Below are positions 47,336-57,189 of a DNA stretch of 64,000 bases, piece by piece (the stretch's first letter is position 1; every line of letters starts with the position of its first letter). A program made the position numbers and the translations under genes. The stretch comes from Candidatus Latescibacterota bacterium (GTDB lineage Bacteria > Latescibacterota > UBA2968 > UBA8231): contig OZ241889.1 of NCBI GenBank assembly GCA_965203355.1, positions 1,344,001-1,408,000 on the forward strand. The letters are read 5' to 3'. Under the pieces are notes generated by a model that made no database searches, was not told the origin of the DNA, and saw only the letters and a program-made list of their open reading frames with translations.

Positions 47336-49546
47336 ATGTCCACCTTTTTTGAAAATCTGCCGCGCACCATCGAGGCCAAAGTCGAATCGCGCAAGGGCCG
47401 AGAGGAAGAAGTTCTGATCCAGGTCGCCACGGATATGGCCGGCCAGGACCGCTTTGAGCGGCGCTGGCTGGTCGTAACGTCGAAGCGTCTGATGGTCCTC
47501 GATCCCAACGGCGCACACGGCGACGTGGAGCTTTTGCTGCAAGTGGTCAAGTCCGCCCGCGTTGAGGCGCTGGTCGGCGGCGGACGCTTGGAACTGGAGC
47601 GCGAAGAGGGGCCCCCAACGCATCTGTATTACTCCAATTCACTAGCGCCCAAATTCGCCGAGGTGGCCGAGGGCATTGCCCATCTCAAAGAGGGCCAGGA
47701 TCTCAACCTACCTCACGAATTGGACCACACGCACTGCGAGCAATGCCAGCGCCGCTTGCCCGAAGTCGGCGGGATGTGCCCGGTCTGCATCGACAAATTC
47801 GATACTTTTAAGCGTCTAATCAGCTACATGCTGCCCTATCGGTTTCAGCTCGTCTTATTGCTGGGCCTGACGGTGGTATCCTCGCTGCTGGAGCTGGTGC
47901 CGCCCTATATCGTCAAGCATCTCATTGACGATGTGCTCGTTCCCGGCGAGGCTGGCACCAGGCTCTACTGGCTGGTCGGTGGTCTCTTGGCGGTCGGCGT
48001 CGTCAAGTGGGGCATGGACGTGGTGCGCCGCTGGCTCAACACCCGAGTCGGCTTCCGCGCCATTGAGCACTTGCGCACGGATTTGTTTAGAGCACTCCAG
48101 TATTTGCCGCTGCGCTTTTACGACAAGCGCAAGGTCGGCGCGTTGATCTCGCGCATGAACAACGACTCGGAGATGGTCGAAGACTTCCTGCTCTTTGACA
48201 TGCCTTATATCGTCTCCAATGCCGCGATGATCGTCGGCATCCTAGGGCTGCTGTTCTACATGAACTGGGCGCTGACTCTGTACGTGCTGGCCCCGGTGCC
48301 GCCGATTATCATTGGCTCAAGCCTCATCTGGAATCGCCTCCAGCGCTTTTGGGGCCGTTGGTCGGCGCGCTGGTCGCGGCTGACGACGCATCTCAACGAG
48401 TCGATCGCCGGCATCCGCGTGGTCAAGGCTTTCGCGCAAGAACACCGCGAGTCCGAGCGTTTTGATCAGCGCAATCACGCCTTGCGCCAAATCAGCGTCA
48501 GTGCCGAACGCTCGTGGTTGGTTTTCTTTTTGGTAACCAACTTCTTCATGAGCTTTGGCGGGTTTTTCGTGTGGTATTTCGGCGGTAAGCAGATCGTTGG
48601 CGGCGACCTGTCGCTGGGGGAGTTGATGGCCTTTATCGCCTATCTGTGGATGCTCTACCACCCGCTCAAGTGGTTCGGCGATTTCTACAGCTTCATGGTG
48701 CGGGCCTTCGCCGGTGCCGAGCGCATCTTTGAAATTGTCGATGCGCCCTCCGAGCCTTTCGACCATCCCGGTGCCGAGCGCATTCCCGCGCTTAAGGGCC
48801 AAGTCGCCTTTGAAGGCGCGGCCTTTGGCTACGACCCGGGCAAGATCGTCCTGCGCGACCTCGACTTGGTGGTGCAGCCGGGCGAGATGATCGGCTTGGT
48901 GGGCAAGTCCGGGGCGGGCAAGAGTACGCTGATCAACCTAATCACGCGCTTTTACGATGTCTCGCATGGTCGCCTCGCCATCGACGGGGTCGATATCCGC
49001 CGCATCGCCCTGCGCGACCTGCGCTCGCAAATAGGCATGGTGGCCCAGCAGTCGTTTTTGTTCAACGGCACGATTGCCGAAAACATCGCCTACGGCAAGC
49101 CCGGCGCCACATTCGACGAGATTTTGCGCGCGGCCCGCGCCGCCAATGCCCACGAGTTTATCGTCAAAAAGCCAGACGGCTATGACATGGTCGTCGGGGA
49201 GCAGGGCGACAAGCTCGCCGGCGGCGAAAAGCAGCGCATTTCCATTGCGCGGGCCATTCTCCACGACCCGCGGATCTTGATCTTGGACGAGGCCACTTCG
49301 TCGCTCGACACGCCGACCGAGAAAAAGATCCAAGAGGCGATTCAGCGGCTGGTCAAAGGCCGCACGACTTTCGCCATTGCCCATCGGCTTTCGACCTTGC
49401 GCAGCGCGGATCGCCTCGTGGTGATCGACGCGGGCAAAATAGCCGAAGTTGGCACACACGAAGAATTGATCGCGCGCGAGGGCATTTTCTACAATCTGGT
49501 AAAGACCCAACGCGAGACATCCGCGGTCATGGCCACCAGCGGCTAG
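47336..49546 (+). CDS. ABC exporter (TMD+NBD), paralogue and probable heterodimer partner
   Basis: CEQC...CPVC; GKSGAGKST; LAGGEKQR; ILDEAT. Confidence 0.92.
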   Translation: MSTFFENLPRTIEAKVESRKGREEEVLIQVATDMAGQDRFERRWLVVTSKRLMVLDPNGAHGDVELLLQVVKSARVEALVGGGRLELEREEGPPTHLYYSNSLAPKFAEVAEGIAHLKEGQDLNLPHELDHTHCEQCQRRLPEVGGMCPVCIDKFDTFKRLISYMLPYRFQLVLLLGLTVVSSLLELVPPYIVKHLIDDVLVPGEAGTRLYWLVGGLLAVGVVKWGMDVVRRWLNTRVGFRAIEHLRTDLFRALQYLPLRFYDKRKVGALISRMNNDSEMVEDFLLFDMPYIVSNAAMIVGILGLLFYMNWALTLYVLAPVPPIIIGSSLIWNRLQRFWGRWSARWSRLTTHLNESIAGIRVVKAFAQEHRESERFDQRNHALRQISVSAERSWLVFFLVTNFFMSFGGFFVWYFGGKQIVGGDLSLGELMAFIAYLWMLYHPLKWFGDFYSFMVRAFAGAERIFEIVDAPSEPFDHPGAERIPALKGQVAFEGAAFGYDPGKIVLRDLDLVVQPGEMIGLVGKSGAGKSTLINLITRFYDVSHGRLAIDGVDIRRIALRDLRSQIGMVAQQSFLFNGTIAENIAYGKPGATFDEILRAARAANAHEFIVKKPDGYDMVVGEQGDKLAGGEKQRISIARAILHDPRILILDEATSSLDTPTEKKIQEAIQRLVKGRTTFAIAHRLSTLRSADRLVVIDAGKIAEVGTHEELIAREGIFYNLVKTQRETSAVMATSG

Positions 49547-49560
49547 CGAGGAACGATGCA

Positions 49561-50091
49561 ATGACAGATAGCGGCAAACCAGCGATCACCCCGATTTCCG
49601 TGACGCACCCCGAGCACGTCGAAATTGACAAGCTGCGCCTCTTCCGCGCGCCGGCTTGGCTCTTGCGCTTGACCATCGACGGCGACCGCTCGTACCTGAA
49701 GGTGAAGGTCGTCCGCGCCGCGCCGCTGTCCCACCCGACGCGCTACATCAGCCTCCTCGACGCCAAGGACGAGGAGATATGTATGATCGACGATCTCGCC
49801 CAGCTCGACTTAGCGGCGCGCGGCTTGATTGAGGAGGAGTTGGACCACCGCTATTTGACGGCGACGATTCAGCAGGTCCATGCGGTGCGCAACGAATACG
49901 GCACCTCTTATTGGGACGTGCAAACCGATCGCGGGCCGCGCGAGTTTGTCGTCCAGAACGTCTCGGAAAATGCCCAGTGGCTCGGCGACCACCGACTGCT
50001 GATTATCGACGTTGATGGCAACCGCTTTGAAATTCCGCGCCTCGACAAACTGGATAAGAAAAGTTTGGCTGCGGTTGAACAAGTCGTCTGA
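49561..50091 (+). CDS. DUF1854 domain protein
   Basis: RAAPLS.P..YISL, EEEL..RY, W.V.TDRG, LLI.DV.GNRF.I. Confidence 0.85.
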   Translation: MTDSGKPAITPISVTHPEHVEIDKLRLFRAPAWLLRLTIDGDRSYLKVKVVRAAPLSHPTRYISLLDAKDEEICMIDDLAQLDLAARGLIEEELDHRYLTATIQQVHAVRNEYGTSYWDVQTDRGPREFVVQNVSENAQWLGDHRLLIIDVDGNRFEIPRLDKLDKKSLAAVEQVV

Positions 50092-50194
50092 TTAGTCTGC
50101 GCTGTTGCAGCCATGCCGGCCAGCCTCGCCAGCGGTTGTTTTCACGATCAGTGCCAATAACGCCGCCTTGTGCAACGAGCCGCGGCGAAAAAAG

Positions 50195-50231
50195 AAAATG
50201 GGACCTCAAACCGAAAGTTGAGGTCCCATTT
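50195..50231. terminator. Rho-independent terminator between convergent genes
   Basis: AAATGGGACCTCAA...TTGAGGTCCCATTT. Confidence 0.8.
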
Positions 50232-50255
50232 CCGTGCCTTGCGGTGTCGCGTGTG

Positions 50256-53200
50256 CTACTTGATCAGCAGCATCTTCTGGACGGCGAGGAACGCTTCACC
50301 CGCTTGCAAGCGGTAGAAGTACATCCCCGACGATACGCTGTGGCCGCGGTCGTTGGTCGCGTCCCACTCCACCGCGTAATGACCGGCACTCTGATGCTCG
50401 GCGACCAGCGTCCGAATCGGCTGACCCAACACGTTATACACCGTCAGCCCCACGTCCGCCGCCTGCGGCAACGCATACTGAATCGTCGTCTGCGGATTGA
50501 ACGGGTTGGGATAGTTAGCTGCCAGCGAGAACACGGCTGGCCGCGTCTGCACTGCTACTGGCGCGGGCAATGCCAGCCGGTTGAAGCCCAACGCCCGGTC
50601 CCAGGTCCGGTTGTCGGTGATTTCGAGTGTTGTGTGTGCAATCTCGGTCGTCGGCCGGAACACCAAGCGCAGCATTAGCTCGCCGTCGGAAACGACATCG
50701 CCGTGAGCGGCCAGTGTCAACACGCCCGCTTCGGCCAGCACCTGCGGCGTAGCGAATGCGCTATCGCCCAGCGGCTGATCGGTCCGCGCCTCGACGAAAG
50801 TTAGCTGGTCGGCGTCATAGGCTACCTGCAAGCCGTAGCCCTTGACCGCTACGAAGTCGGTCAACCGCACATTAACGACGAACTCCTCACCTACGCTCGG
50901 CAGGGCTGTCGGCGCATCCAGATACAGCCGCGCCTCCGCATTCAGCCCGGCCTGCACCGGCACTGGCTTGCCGGCTCCGCTGTTGAACACATCGAACAAC
51001 GTGCTCAAGTCCAGCATCGGGTTGACCGTGATTGTGAACCTCAGCGAGACGCTTTCGGCGCCAGCCGTCGCCGTGTAGGTGACCTCAACGGCCCCATCGG
51101 TCGCTGCGTCCGGCGTCCCGGAAATCGTCCGGGTGGTCGCGTCAAACGACAGCCCGGCTGGCAAACCCGACACGCTATACGTGATGGTCCCCTCGCCGCC
51201 CCGCGCCGCCGGCAGGACCAACGGCGTAATCGCCGTGCCCGCGGTGTAGGTGTGTGCAGCGACCGAAGCCCCCTCGACGAAAGCCAAGGAGAGCGTCTTC
51301 TCCTCATCGCCGTCCATCATGCCGCTGTCCACGTCGGTCAGCACCAGCGTCGCCGAACCCGCCGTCAAGCCCGGCCCTCTCGCGTGGAGGACGATCGTCT
51401 CGTCCCCTTCGGCCAAGCCATCGGCGACCGGATCAATCAAAAAGCGCGTCGAACCCATAAGCGAACCGGCCGCAATGGTAACGGCTGGATCGAACCGGGC
51501 CGAGTAGTCCGTACCGCGTGTGGCACTCGAAGCCGCGTCAATCGAGATGGCGACCGTCGCATCCGTGGCCAACGGCTGGCCGTCCAACGCAGCCATGACC
51601 ATTACCTCGGTCCATTCTGCGGACTCGCTAATCGCGCTCGGCAGCACCGACACGACCAGCGCCGTGCTGGCGGTCTCGTCGTCGGAAATCCGCAGGTCCA
51701 CTTGTCCCCAGCCGCCCGAAGCCGCCGCCCGAATACCCAAGTGCTTATGACCGTCCGCCAAAGCGTTGTCAATCGGCGACAGGAAAAGCGTCGTCGAACC
51801 CATCGTCTCGCCGGCCGCGATGGTGATCGTCCCCGCCCATGTCGCGGTGTAATCCACGTTGCGGGTGGCCATCGTCCCGCTGGCTGGCGGCACAAGCGTG
51901 AAGCGAATCGTCTCCGCCGTCGGGGCCGCCCCCACCAACGTCGCCGTAACGCGGATTTCGGTCGGCGCGCCGTTTTCGCGCACGACCGAGGGCGAAGCCT
52001 GCACACTCGCGACCCCCACGACCGGCTGGGCTTCCCGAACCGTGAGGGTGACGGTTCGGGCGGCGCGGTCGCCGTCGCTATCGAGCACCGTATAGACGAG
52101 CGTGGCCAGGCCCACGGCGGTCGGCGTCCCGGCAATCGTCCGCGTGGCCGGGTCAAACGCCAGCCCGGCCGGCAGCCCGGTCGAGATGCTATAAGTCAGC
52201 GTCCCTTCGCCCATGGCGGCGGGCAACACCGCGCTAAACGCCCGCCCCCTCGTCGCTTCAAAGGCTAAGGCTAATGGGCCCGCGGCGAAGCGAGGCTGGC
52301 CGAGGTCGGCGGGCGCATCCGCATCCGCATCCGTCATAGTCGCGCCATCGATCAGCGTGATCGTCGCGGTATGGACCGCGAAGGTCGCGCCGGCTTGGTT
52401 TTTGAGGTCGTCGGTCAACAGCGTTAGGGTGATCGTCTCGTGGGTGTCGGCTTGCCCGTCGGGGAGCGGGGTGATCGCGATCGTCGCGGTCCCGGACACC
52501 GAACCGCGCGGAATCGTCAGCGTCGTCAGCCGCGCCAAGTAGTCCACATCGCGCGTCGCCGCCAGGTCCGAGGCGTGATCCAAGACCAACGTGAGGGTCG
52601 CATCCGCGTCGAGCCCTTGGCCGTCTAACGTCCCTGTCACCGTAACCGTTGTCTCGCCCGCGTCCTCTTTGATCTCACTCGGACGCACCGACAGGGTGAT
52701 GTTCTCGCTCAGCGTTTCATCGTAAGAGATTGGCTCATCGTAGGTGATCGGCTCATCGTAAGAGATCGGCGCATCGTAAGAGATCGGCGCATCGTTGGTG
52801 GGCGGCGCATCATTGGTAGGCGGCGCATTGTTGGTCGGCGCGGACCCCGTATCGTCGCTTCTGGTAGCTTGCATAATCGGCAGCACGAGTTTGCCGTATC
52901 CGCTGTCGTTGTCCTGCCCCGAGGTTCCTATGTCAACCGTTACCGCGATCAGGGCATCCCACAATTGAGTACGCGAGTACGATGGATTCGCCGACTTGAT
53001 CAGCGCGGCCGCGCCAGCCACGTGGGGAGCCGCCGCGGAAGTCCCCCAAAAGCCGGGAGGATTAGAAACTGACGATACTCCATCCGGTGCGACGAGTTCG
53101 GGCTTGATGCGACCATCGGTCGTAGGCCCTCGGGAACTGTAATCTGCAATCAGACCTAGGTCGTAATCGTCATAATTGATCGCGCCGACGGTCATAGCCC

Positions 53201-54452
53201 CTCTGGCGTTTCCAGGATTCCGGATACTGCTCTTGGCAACCGCATACTCTGCGAAATCGGGACCGGGAAAAAATGAAAATATCTTAAAGCTCATAGGCTG
53301 GGTACTTGTACTTACATTATCGTACAAGTAAACCCCTATGCCATAGTCCCCCGATTTTGGTGCCGTTATGCCGAATGATTCATGGGGCGTGCCACCGGAA
53401 GCGTGTTGAGTAGTGGTACTTGAGGTGACTCGTTCTAAAGTGCCATCGGCTTTTTCAAAATAGAGATACAGGTCGTAGTCTTGGTAGGAGATGGGCCAAT
53501 CATTCCAAGTCAAGTAAATATGTATATAATCCCCGGCCTCGGCTTTAAACGACAGTGTCTCGTCTTCTTGGCTACTAAAGTTGTGAAAACGATCCCCATC
53601 GGGATCAGACCATACCCCTTCGTAATGTTTCTCGGCGTAATTGCCCGCTGCATTGACCCAGAGAATGCCGTTGTCGGCCGCGTCATTTACAATGTCGCAG
53701 GCCAGCCCACGGCCATCGCCAAAGCCATCAGGCCAAGTTATGGAATGATTGATTATGTCAATTCCCTCTCGTATGCAAAAGTCTTTGGCATTCTCAAGGT
53801 CAACTAAATCGGTTGCCTTCAGGAACGTGAGTTCGGCTTCAGGAGCCATATCGTAGATGATCTCGGCACAATGGGTGCCGTGATCGTCGCCTGTGTATAT
53901 ACCGTCCCCGGTAAAGTCGAAAGACTTCACATCCGTCGGCAGTTCTGAGCCTAAATTGTCCGCCCCTGCAAATCCGTAATCAATAATCGCCACCTTGACC
54001 CCTTGGCCACTCACACCATTGCGGTGATTATCATGCGCTTTGGTGACTTGCACCCCTTCGCTGACAGTCTGGTTCGGATGCGGCCGACGCGGCCGACGAA
54101 CAAAGCGAACCCCCGGTAGCTCGGAAACCGCCCGCAGCGACGCCGCCGGAACCGAAACCCGCATCAGACTCTTGGACCGGGCGCGCACCGTCCCGCCCCG
54201 TGCCGCCAGCGATGACGTATCAATCGAAGCCGACCCTTGGCCAAGATGTGGAACCAAGATGACGACGACCGTATCCTGCAAATCGCTAACCGGCTTGCCG
54301 GCTCGGGGTGCGGCCAAGGCCCACAACGCACTTTCTAGCTTGGCCGGGCCGACGGGTTTGTCAGGTGGGGAAAAGTCTATGTTCTGTCCCCAAAGGGATG
54401 TATAGCTCAGGACGCCCAAGAAAAGGGCGATTGTCATACTTTTTGATTGCAT
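50256..54452 (-). CDS. S8 subtilase fused to a Calx-beta/Ig stalk and FlgD/T9SS-type C-terminal domain
   Basis: VAIIDYG, HGT, AAGN, GTSAAAPHVAG triad; C-terminal half homologous to the 27698 gene; GGGAGG RBS. Confidence 0.9.
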   Translation of the reverse strand: MQSKSMTIALFLGVLSYTSLWGQNIDFSPPDKPVGPAKLESALWALAAPRAGKPVSDLQDTVVVILVPHLGQGSASIDTSSLAARGGTVRARSKSLMRVSVPAASLRAVSELPGVRFVRRPRRPHPNQTVSEGVQVTKAHDNHRNGVSGQGVKVAIIDYGFAGADNLGSELPTDVKSFDFTGDGIYTGDDHGTHCAEIIYDMAPEAELTFLKATDLVDLENAKDFCIREGIDIINHSITWPDGFGDGRGLACDIVNDAADNGILWVNAAGNYAEKHYEGVWSDPDGDRFHNFSSQEDETLSFKAEAGDYIHIYLTWNDWPISYQDYDLYLYFEKADGTLERVTSSTTTQHASGGTPHESFGITAPKSGDYGIGVYLYDNVSTSTQPMSFKIFSFFPGPDFAEYAVAKSSIRNPGNARGAMTVGAINYDDYDLGLIADYSSRGPTTDGRIKPELVAPDGVSSVSNPPGFWGTSAAAPHVAGAAALIKSANPSYSRTQLWDALIAVTVDIGTSGQDNDSGYGKLVLPIMQATRSDDTGSAPTNNAPPTNDAPPTNDAPISYDAPISYDEPITYDEPISYDETLSENITLSVRPSEIKEDAGETTVTVTGTLDGQGLDADATLTLVLDHASDLAATRDVDYLARLTTLTIPRGSVSGTATIAITPLPDGQADTHETITLTLLTDDLKNQAGATFAVHTATITLIDGATMTDADADAPADLGQPRFAAGPLALAFEATRGRAFSAVLPAAMGEGTLTYSISTGLPAGLAFDPATRTIAGTPTAVGLATLVYTVLDSDGDRAARTVTLTVREAQPVVGVASVQASPSVVRENGAPTEIRVTATLVGAAPTAETIRFTLVPPASGTMATRNVDYTATWAGTITIAAGETMGSTTLFLSPIDNALADGHKHLGIRAAASGGWGQVDLRISDDETASTALVVSVLPSAISESAEWTEVMVMAALDGQPLATDATVAISIDAASSATRGTDYSARFDPAVTIAAGSLMGSTRFLIDPVADGLAEGDETIVLHARGPGLTAGSATLVLTDVDSGMMDGDEEKTLSLAFVEGASVAAHTYTAGTAITPLVLPAARGGEGTITYSVSGLPAGLSFDATTRTISGTPDAATDGAVEVTYTATAGAESVSLRFTITVNPMLDLSTLFDVFNSGAGKPVPVQAGLNAEARLYLDAPTALPSVGEEFVVNVRLTDFVAVKGYGLQVAYDADQLTFVEARTDQPLGDSAFATPQVLAEAGVLTLAAHGDVVSDGELMLRLVFRPTTEIAHTTLEITDNRTWDRALGFNRLALPAPVAVQTRPAVFSLAANYPNPFNPQTTIQYALPQAADVGLTVYNVLGQPIRTLVAEHQSAGHYAVEWDATNDRGHSVSSGMYFYRLQAGEAFLAVQKMLLIK
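52716..52842 (-). repeat. Coding 18-nt tandem repeat (~7 units)
   Basis: APTNN APPTND APPTND APISYD APISYD EPITYD EPISYD. Confidence 0.85.
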
Positions 54453-54497
54453 CGGAGTCCTCCCATGCTTTTTCAAAAACTTCAAAACGCTGATTAG

Positions 54498-54995
54498 TTA
54501 AAGAAGCTCGAGAAATTTCCACAATGGTTGAAGCGCCCGCATCCCCGCGTGTTGGTTGAGCTTGTAGGTAATTTCGTCTTGGTTCATCACTTCGGTCTTG
54601 GGCATGTTGCCGAGGCTGCGGACCACAGCATTGGACAGCCGCGCCATGACCTTTTCGATGTCCAACTCGCGAAAGGGTTCGATGTTGGTCGCGCAAACGA
54701 CGCCGATGTGATCGACTTCCGCGAGGTAGGGGCGCAAGACCGGATCGGGTTGCGACGGGGCGCGAAACTCGACGTGGGTAAAAGCACTGCGGTCGCCGCA
54801 GCCCACCAGACCAATGAGCAATATGAGAGCAGCAATCAAAAGCTCTGGCCAAAGCTGAAGTGAAACTTGAAGTCCGAGAAGCTGCTTTATTTTAAGTGAT
54901 GCCGAATTCGCCGACCCCGCACAAGCCCGCGTCGGTTTCGACTTTGACGAAGAAATAATTACGCGAGCCATAGAAGACGGGGAAGGGTTTGACAT
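54498..54995 (-). CDS. Hypothetical lipoprotein-like ORF, possibly truncated
   Basis: LLIGLVGC lipobox; start uncertain. Confidence 0.35.
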   Translation of the reverse strand: MSNPSPSSMARVIISSSKSKPTRACAGSANSASLKIKQLLGLQVSLQLWPELLIAALILLIGLVGCGDRSAFTHVEFRAPSQPDPVLRPYLAEVDHIGVVCATNIEPFRELDIEKVMARLSNAVVRSLGNMPKTEVMNQDEITYKLNQHAGMRALQPLWKFLELL

Positions 54996-55409
54996 CGGTA
55001 ATATTTTTTCATCGAGCAAAAAGTAAGTTGGCCTTGTCGCCAGCGGCTCTCTCCCCCTATCTTCAGAGTGTTCAGCATTCCTTGCAGATCCCGTCTTAGT
55101 CGGGTCATCTGCTGAATACAATAGCCGATACCCGGCGAAGGGTCGCTCCCTTCTGCCTTGGCGAATAGGTAGAGACATCGCTGCACTCTGCAGGGAATGT
55201 TGAACATGGCCCGGCCCCCGAGGGGGCCGCCTGTTCCCCTTCTCCGAAGGAGCGGGGCGATATTAACGCCTGAAGGCGCGGTGAAAGCCAAGGCGACTTG
55301 CTCATTATCATCCCATCCGTTGTATAGAGCAGAAGTTCTTTTTAGACCACGCTGTATGTGGGCCTTGCCCTGACTTTGGTTACACACCTTATAACTGGTT
55401 GAGGATACC

Positions 55410-56402
55410 GTGAAAAAGGTCCGCCGCCCTGTCGATCTGTATCGAGTCGGGGGGCATCCCATGTTGTTCGCCTCTGCGGAGACTATTATGGCCGCGCTCC
55501 AATACTACAGCCCCCAACTCGCCGACGAGCGAGCGTACTACGGGGCTTTGATGGGCTGGTCGTTCTTTTTCGACGCCGAGGAGAGAATGCCGGTCGGCCT
55601 GCCCGCCGACGAATTGATTCACCGCAACTTGTACTATCTCTACGGAATTGAACGCCGCGAGATGCGCTGCGACAATTTTGCCGACCTATGGCAGGCGATT
55701 GAAGAGTCGATTGCCGCCGATCGGGTGCTGCTCGCTTGGGTGGATGCCTGTGAGGTGAACGATGCGGCCTTTCGCCACAATCGCGTACCCGGCGCGAGCG
55801 AAGCCATGCTCATCTATGGGTACGACGATCAAGGAGCGGATGGGCTGATGGTTTTGGTCAATCCGCAGGGCTTCGTGGGGCCGGTGCCGCTGGCGCGTTT
55901 GCCCGAGATGTTGCCCGAATGGGTCGTGTACGACTACGCAGTGCCCGAAGGGCTCGATCCCTATCCAATCAAAAAAATGAAACAGGTGCTCTTGGGTGAT
56001 GTGCGGGAGATGCTCGCGGGCAACAGGGTCGGCCGGGTCGAGACGGGCCTGCCGGCCGCGCAGCGCTTTGTCGAGGAGATGGAGCGTCAGATTGAACTGG
56101 ACGAAGACAGTATGCGCGCTTGGATGCGGGAGGCGTTCTGTCGCATAGCGCTACTCGGCCCGCAGCGTCAGCGATTGGACGACAATTTGCGGCGGCTAGC
56201 GGCGGCAACCGGCTCGGATGCCCTGTCGGCAGCGGCGGATGCCTTTGGGGATATAGGCCGGCGTTGGGAGACGACGCGCAAACTATTCGCCAAAGGGGGG
56301 TGCCACGACCCGGCGTTGATGCTGAAGCGCGTCCGCGAGTACGTCGAGATCCTGTTGAATCTAGAGGAGGCGCAGGCTCGTTTTCTGTTGCAGCGGCTAT
56401 AG
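55410..56402 (+). CDS. BtrH/DUF4872-like (papain-fold) hypothetical protein
   Basis: I..GR.VL..VD and LIYGYDD patterns, G..A..RF, helical C-terminus. Confidence 0.55.
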   Translation: MKKVRRPVDLYRVGGHPMLFASAETIMAALQYYSPQLADERAYYGALMGWSFFFDAEERMPVGLPADELIHRNLYYLYGIERREMRCDNFADLWQAIEESIAADRVLLAWVDACEVNDAAFRHNRVPGASEAMLIYGYDDQGADGLMVLVNPQGFVGPVPLARLPEMLPEWVVYDYAVPEGLDPYPIKKMKQVLLGDVREMLAGNRVGRVETGLPAAQRFVEEMERQIELDEDSMRAWMREAFCRIALLGPQRQRLDDNLRRLAAATGSDALSAAADAFGDIGRRWETTRKLFAKGGCHDPALMLKRVREYVEILLNLEEAQARFLLQRL

Positions 56403-56507
56403 CGGTTTATAGCATTTGGAACTGCGATAGGCAATCGTTAGTTTGCTTCTATGAACGGAGTGTTCGCCGCTAGCGGCGAAAAACCTTCACCCCACCAAGG
56501 AACCGCC

Positions 56508-57188
56508 ATGGAAGCACCCCAAGCAGAAATCAGCGTCGTCGATCGCCTATTGCGCGTCTTCTACGCTCCATCCGAGACTTTTGAAGCCGTAGCCGAGCAG
56601 CGCAGTGCCGCCGATTGGCTGGTGCCGACCCTGCTCGTGGCCGCGGTGATTTTCGTCTCCACGTATCTAACTTCGCCGATCTACGTGGCTGAGGCGCTGA
56701 AGCAGATACCGGCAGAACAGCGCGGTGAAATGGGCGGTGCTGGAGAAGCCATGCGGATCAGCGGGCTGATTGCCGCGCCGGTTATGACGTTTGTCATGCT
56801 CTTTATTGGTGCCGCGATTTACCTTTTGGTCGGCAAATTGCTCGGTGGCCTACTCGGCTATGGCCACTGCTTGGCTATCGTGGCGTACACGTCGCTAATT
56901 ACCATTCTCCAGCACCTTGTCAAGACGCCGCTGGTCTTGGCCACGGAGACGATGGACGTGCAGATAGGGCTGGGCATGTTCCTCGCCGAGGAGGCCCGCA
57001 AGGGTTTCGCGGGTGCTTTATTGAGTTCGGTCGAGCCTTTTGTCGTCTGGATGGTCGTCATCGCCGGCCTTGGGTTATCTATCGTCGGGCAGATAGAGCG
57101 CAGCCGCGCCTATGCGGGCGTTGCGGCCATCACGTTGCTCTTCCTCGCCATTGGCGCGTTTTTCAGCACCCTCAGACCGGGTGGTTGA
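56508..57188 (+). CDS. Yip1-family membrane protein
   Basis: VFYAPSETFE...W.VP; five TM segments. Confidence 0.85.
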   Translation: MEAPQAEISVVDRLLRVFYAPSETFEAVAEQRSAADWLVPTLLVAAVIFVSTYLTSPIYVAEALKQIPAEQRGEMGGAGEAMRISGLIAAPVMTFVMLFIGAAIYLLVGKLLGGLLGYGHCLAIVAYTSLITILQHLVKTPLVLATETMDVQIGLGMFLAEEARKGFAGALLSSVEPFVVWMVVIAGLGLSIVGQIERSRAYAGVAAITLLFLAIGAFFSTLRPGG

Positions 57189-57189
57189 C

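Noticed and set aside
52716-52842. CRISPR array (also considered for 22824-22850 and 59857-59894)
   Set aside because: Short repeats without unique spacers, mostly coding, and no cas genes.
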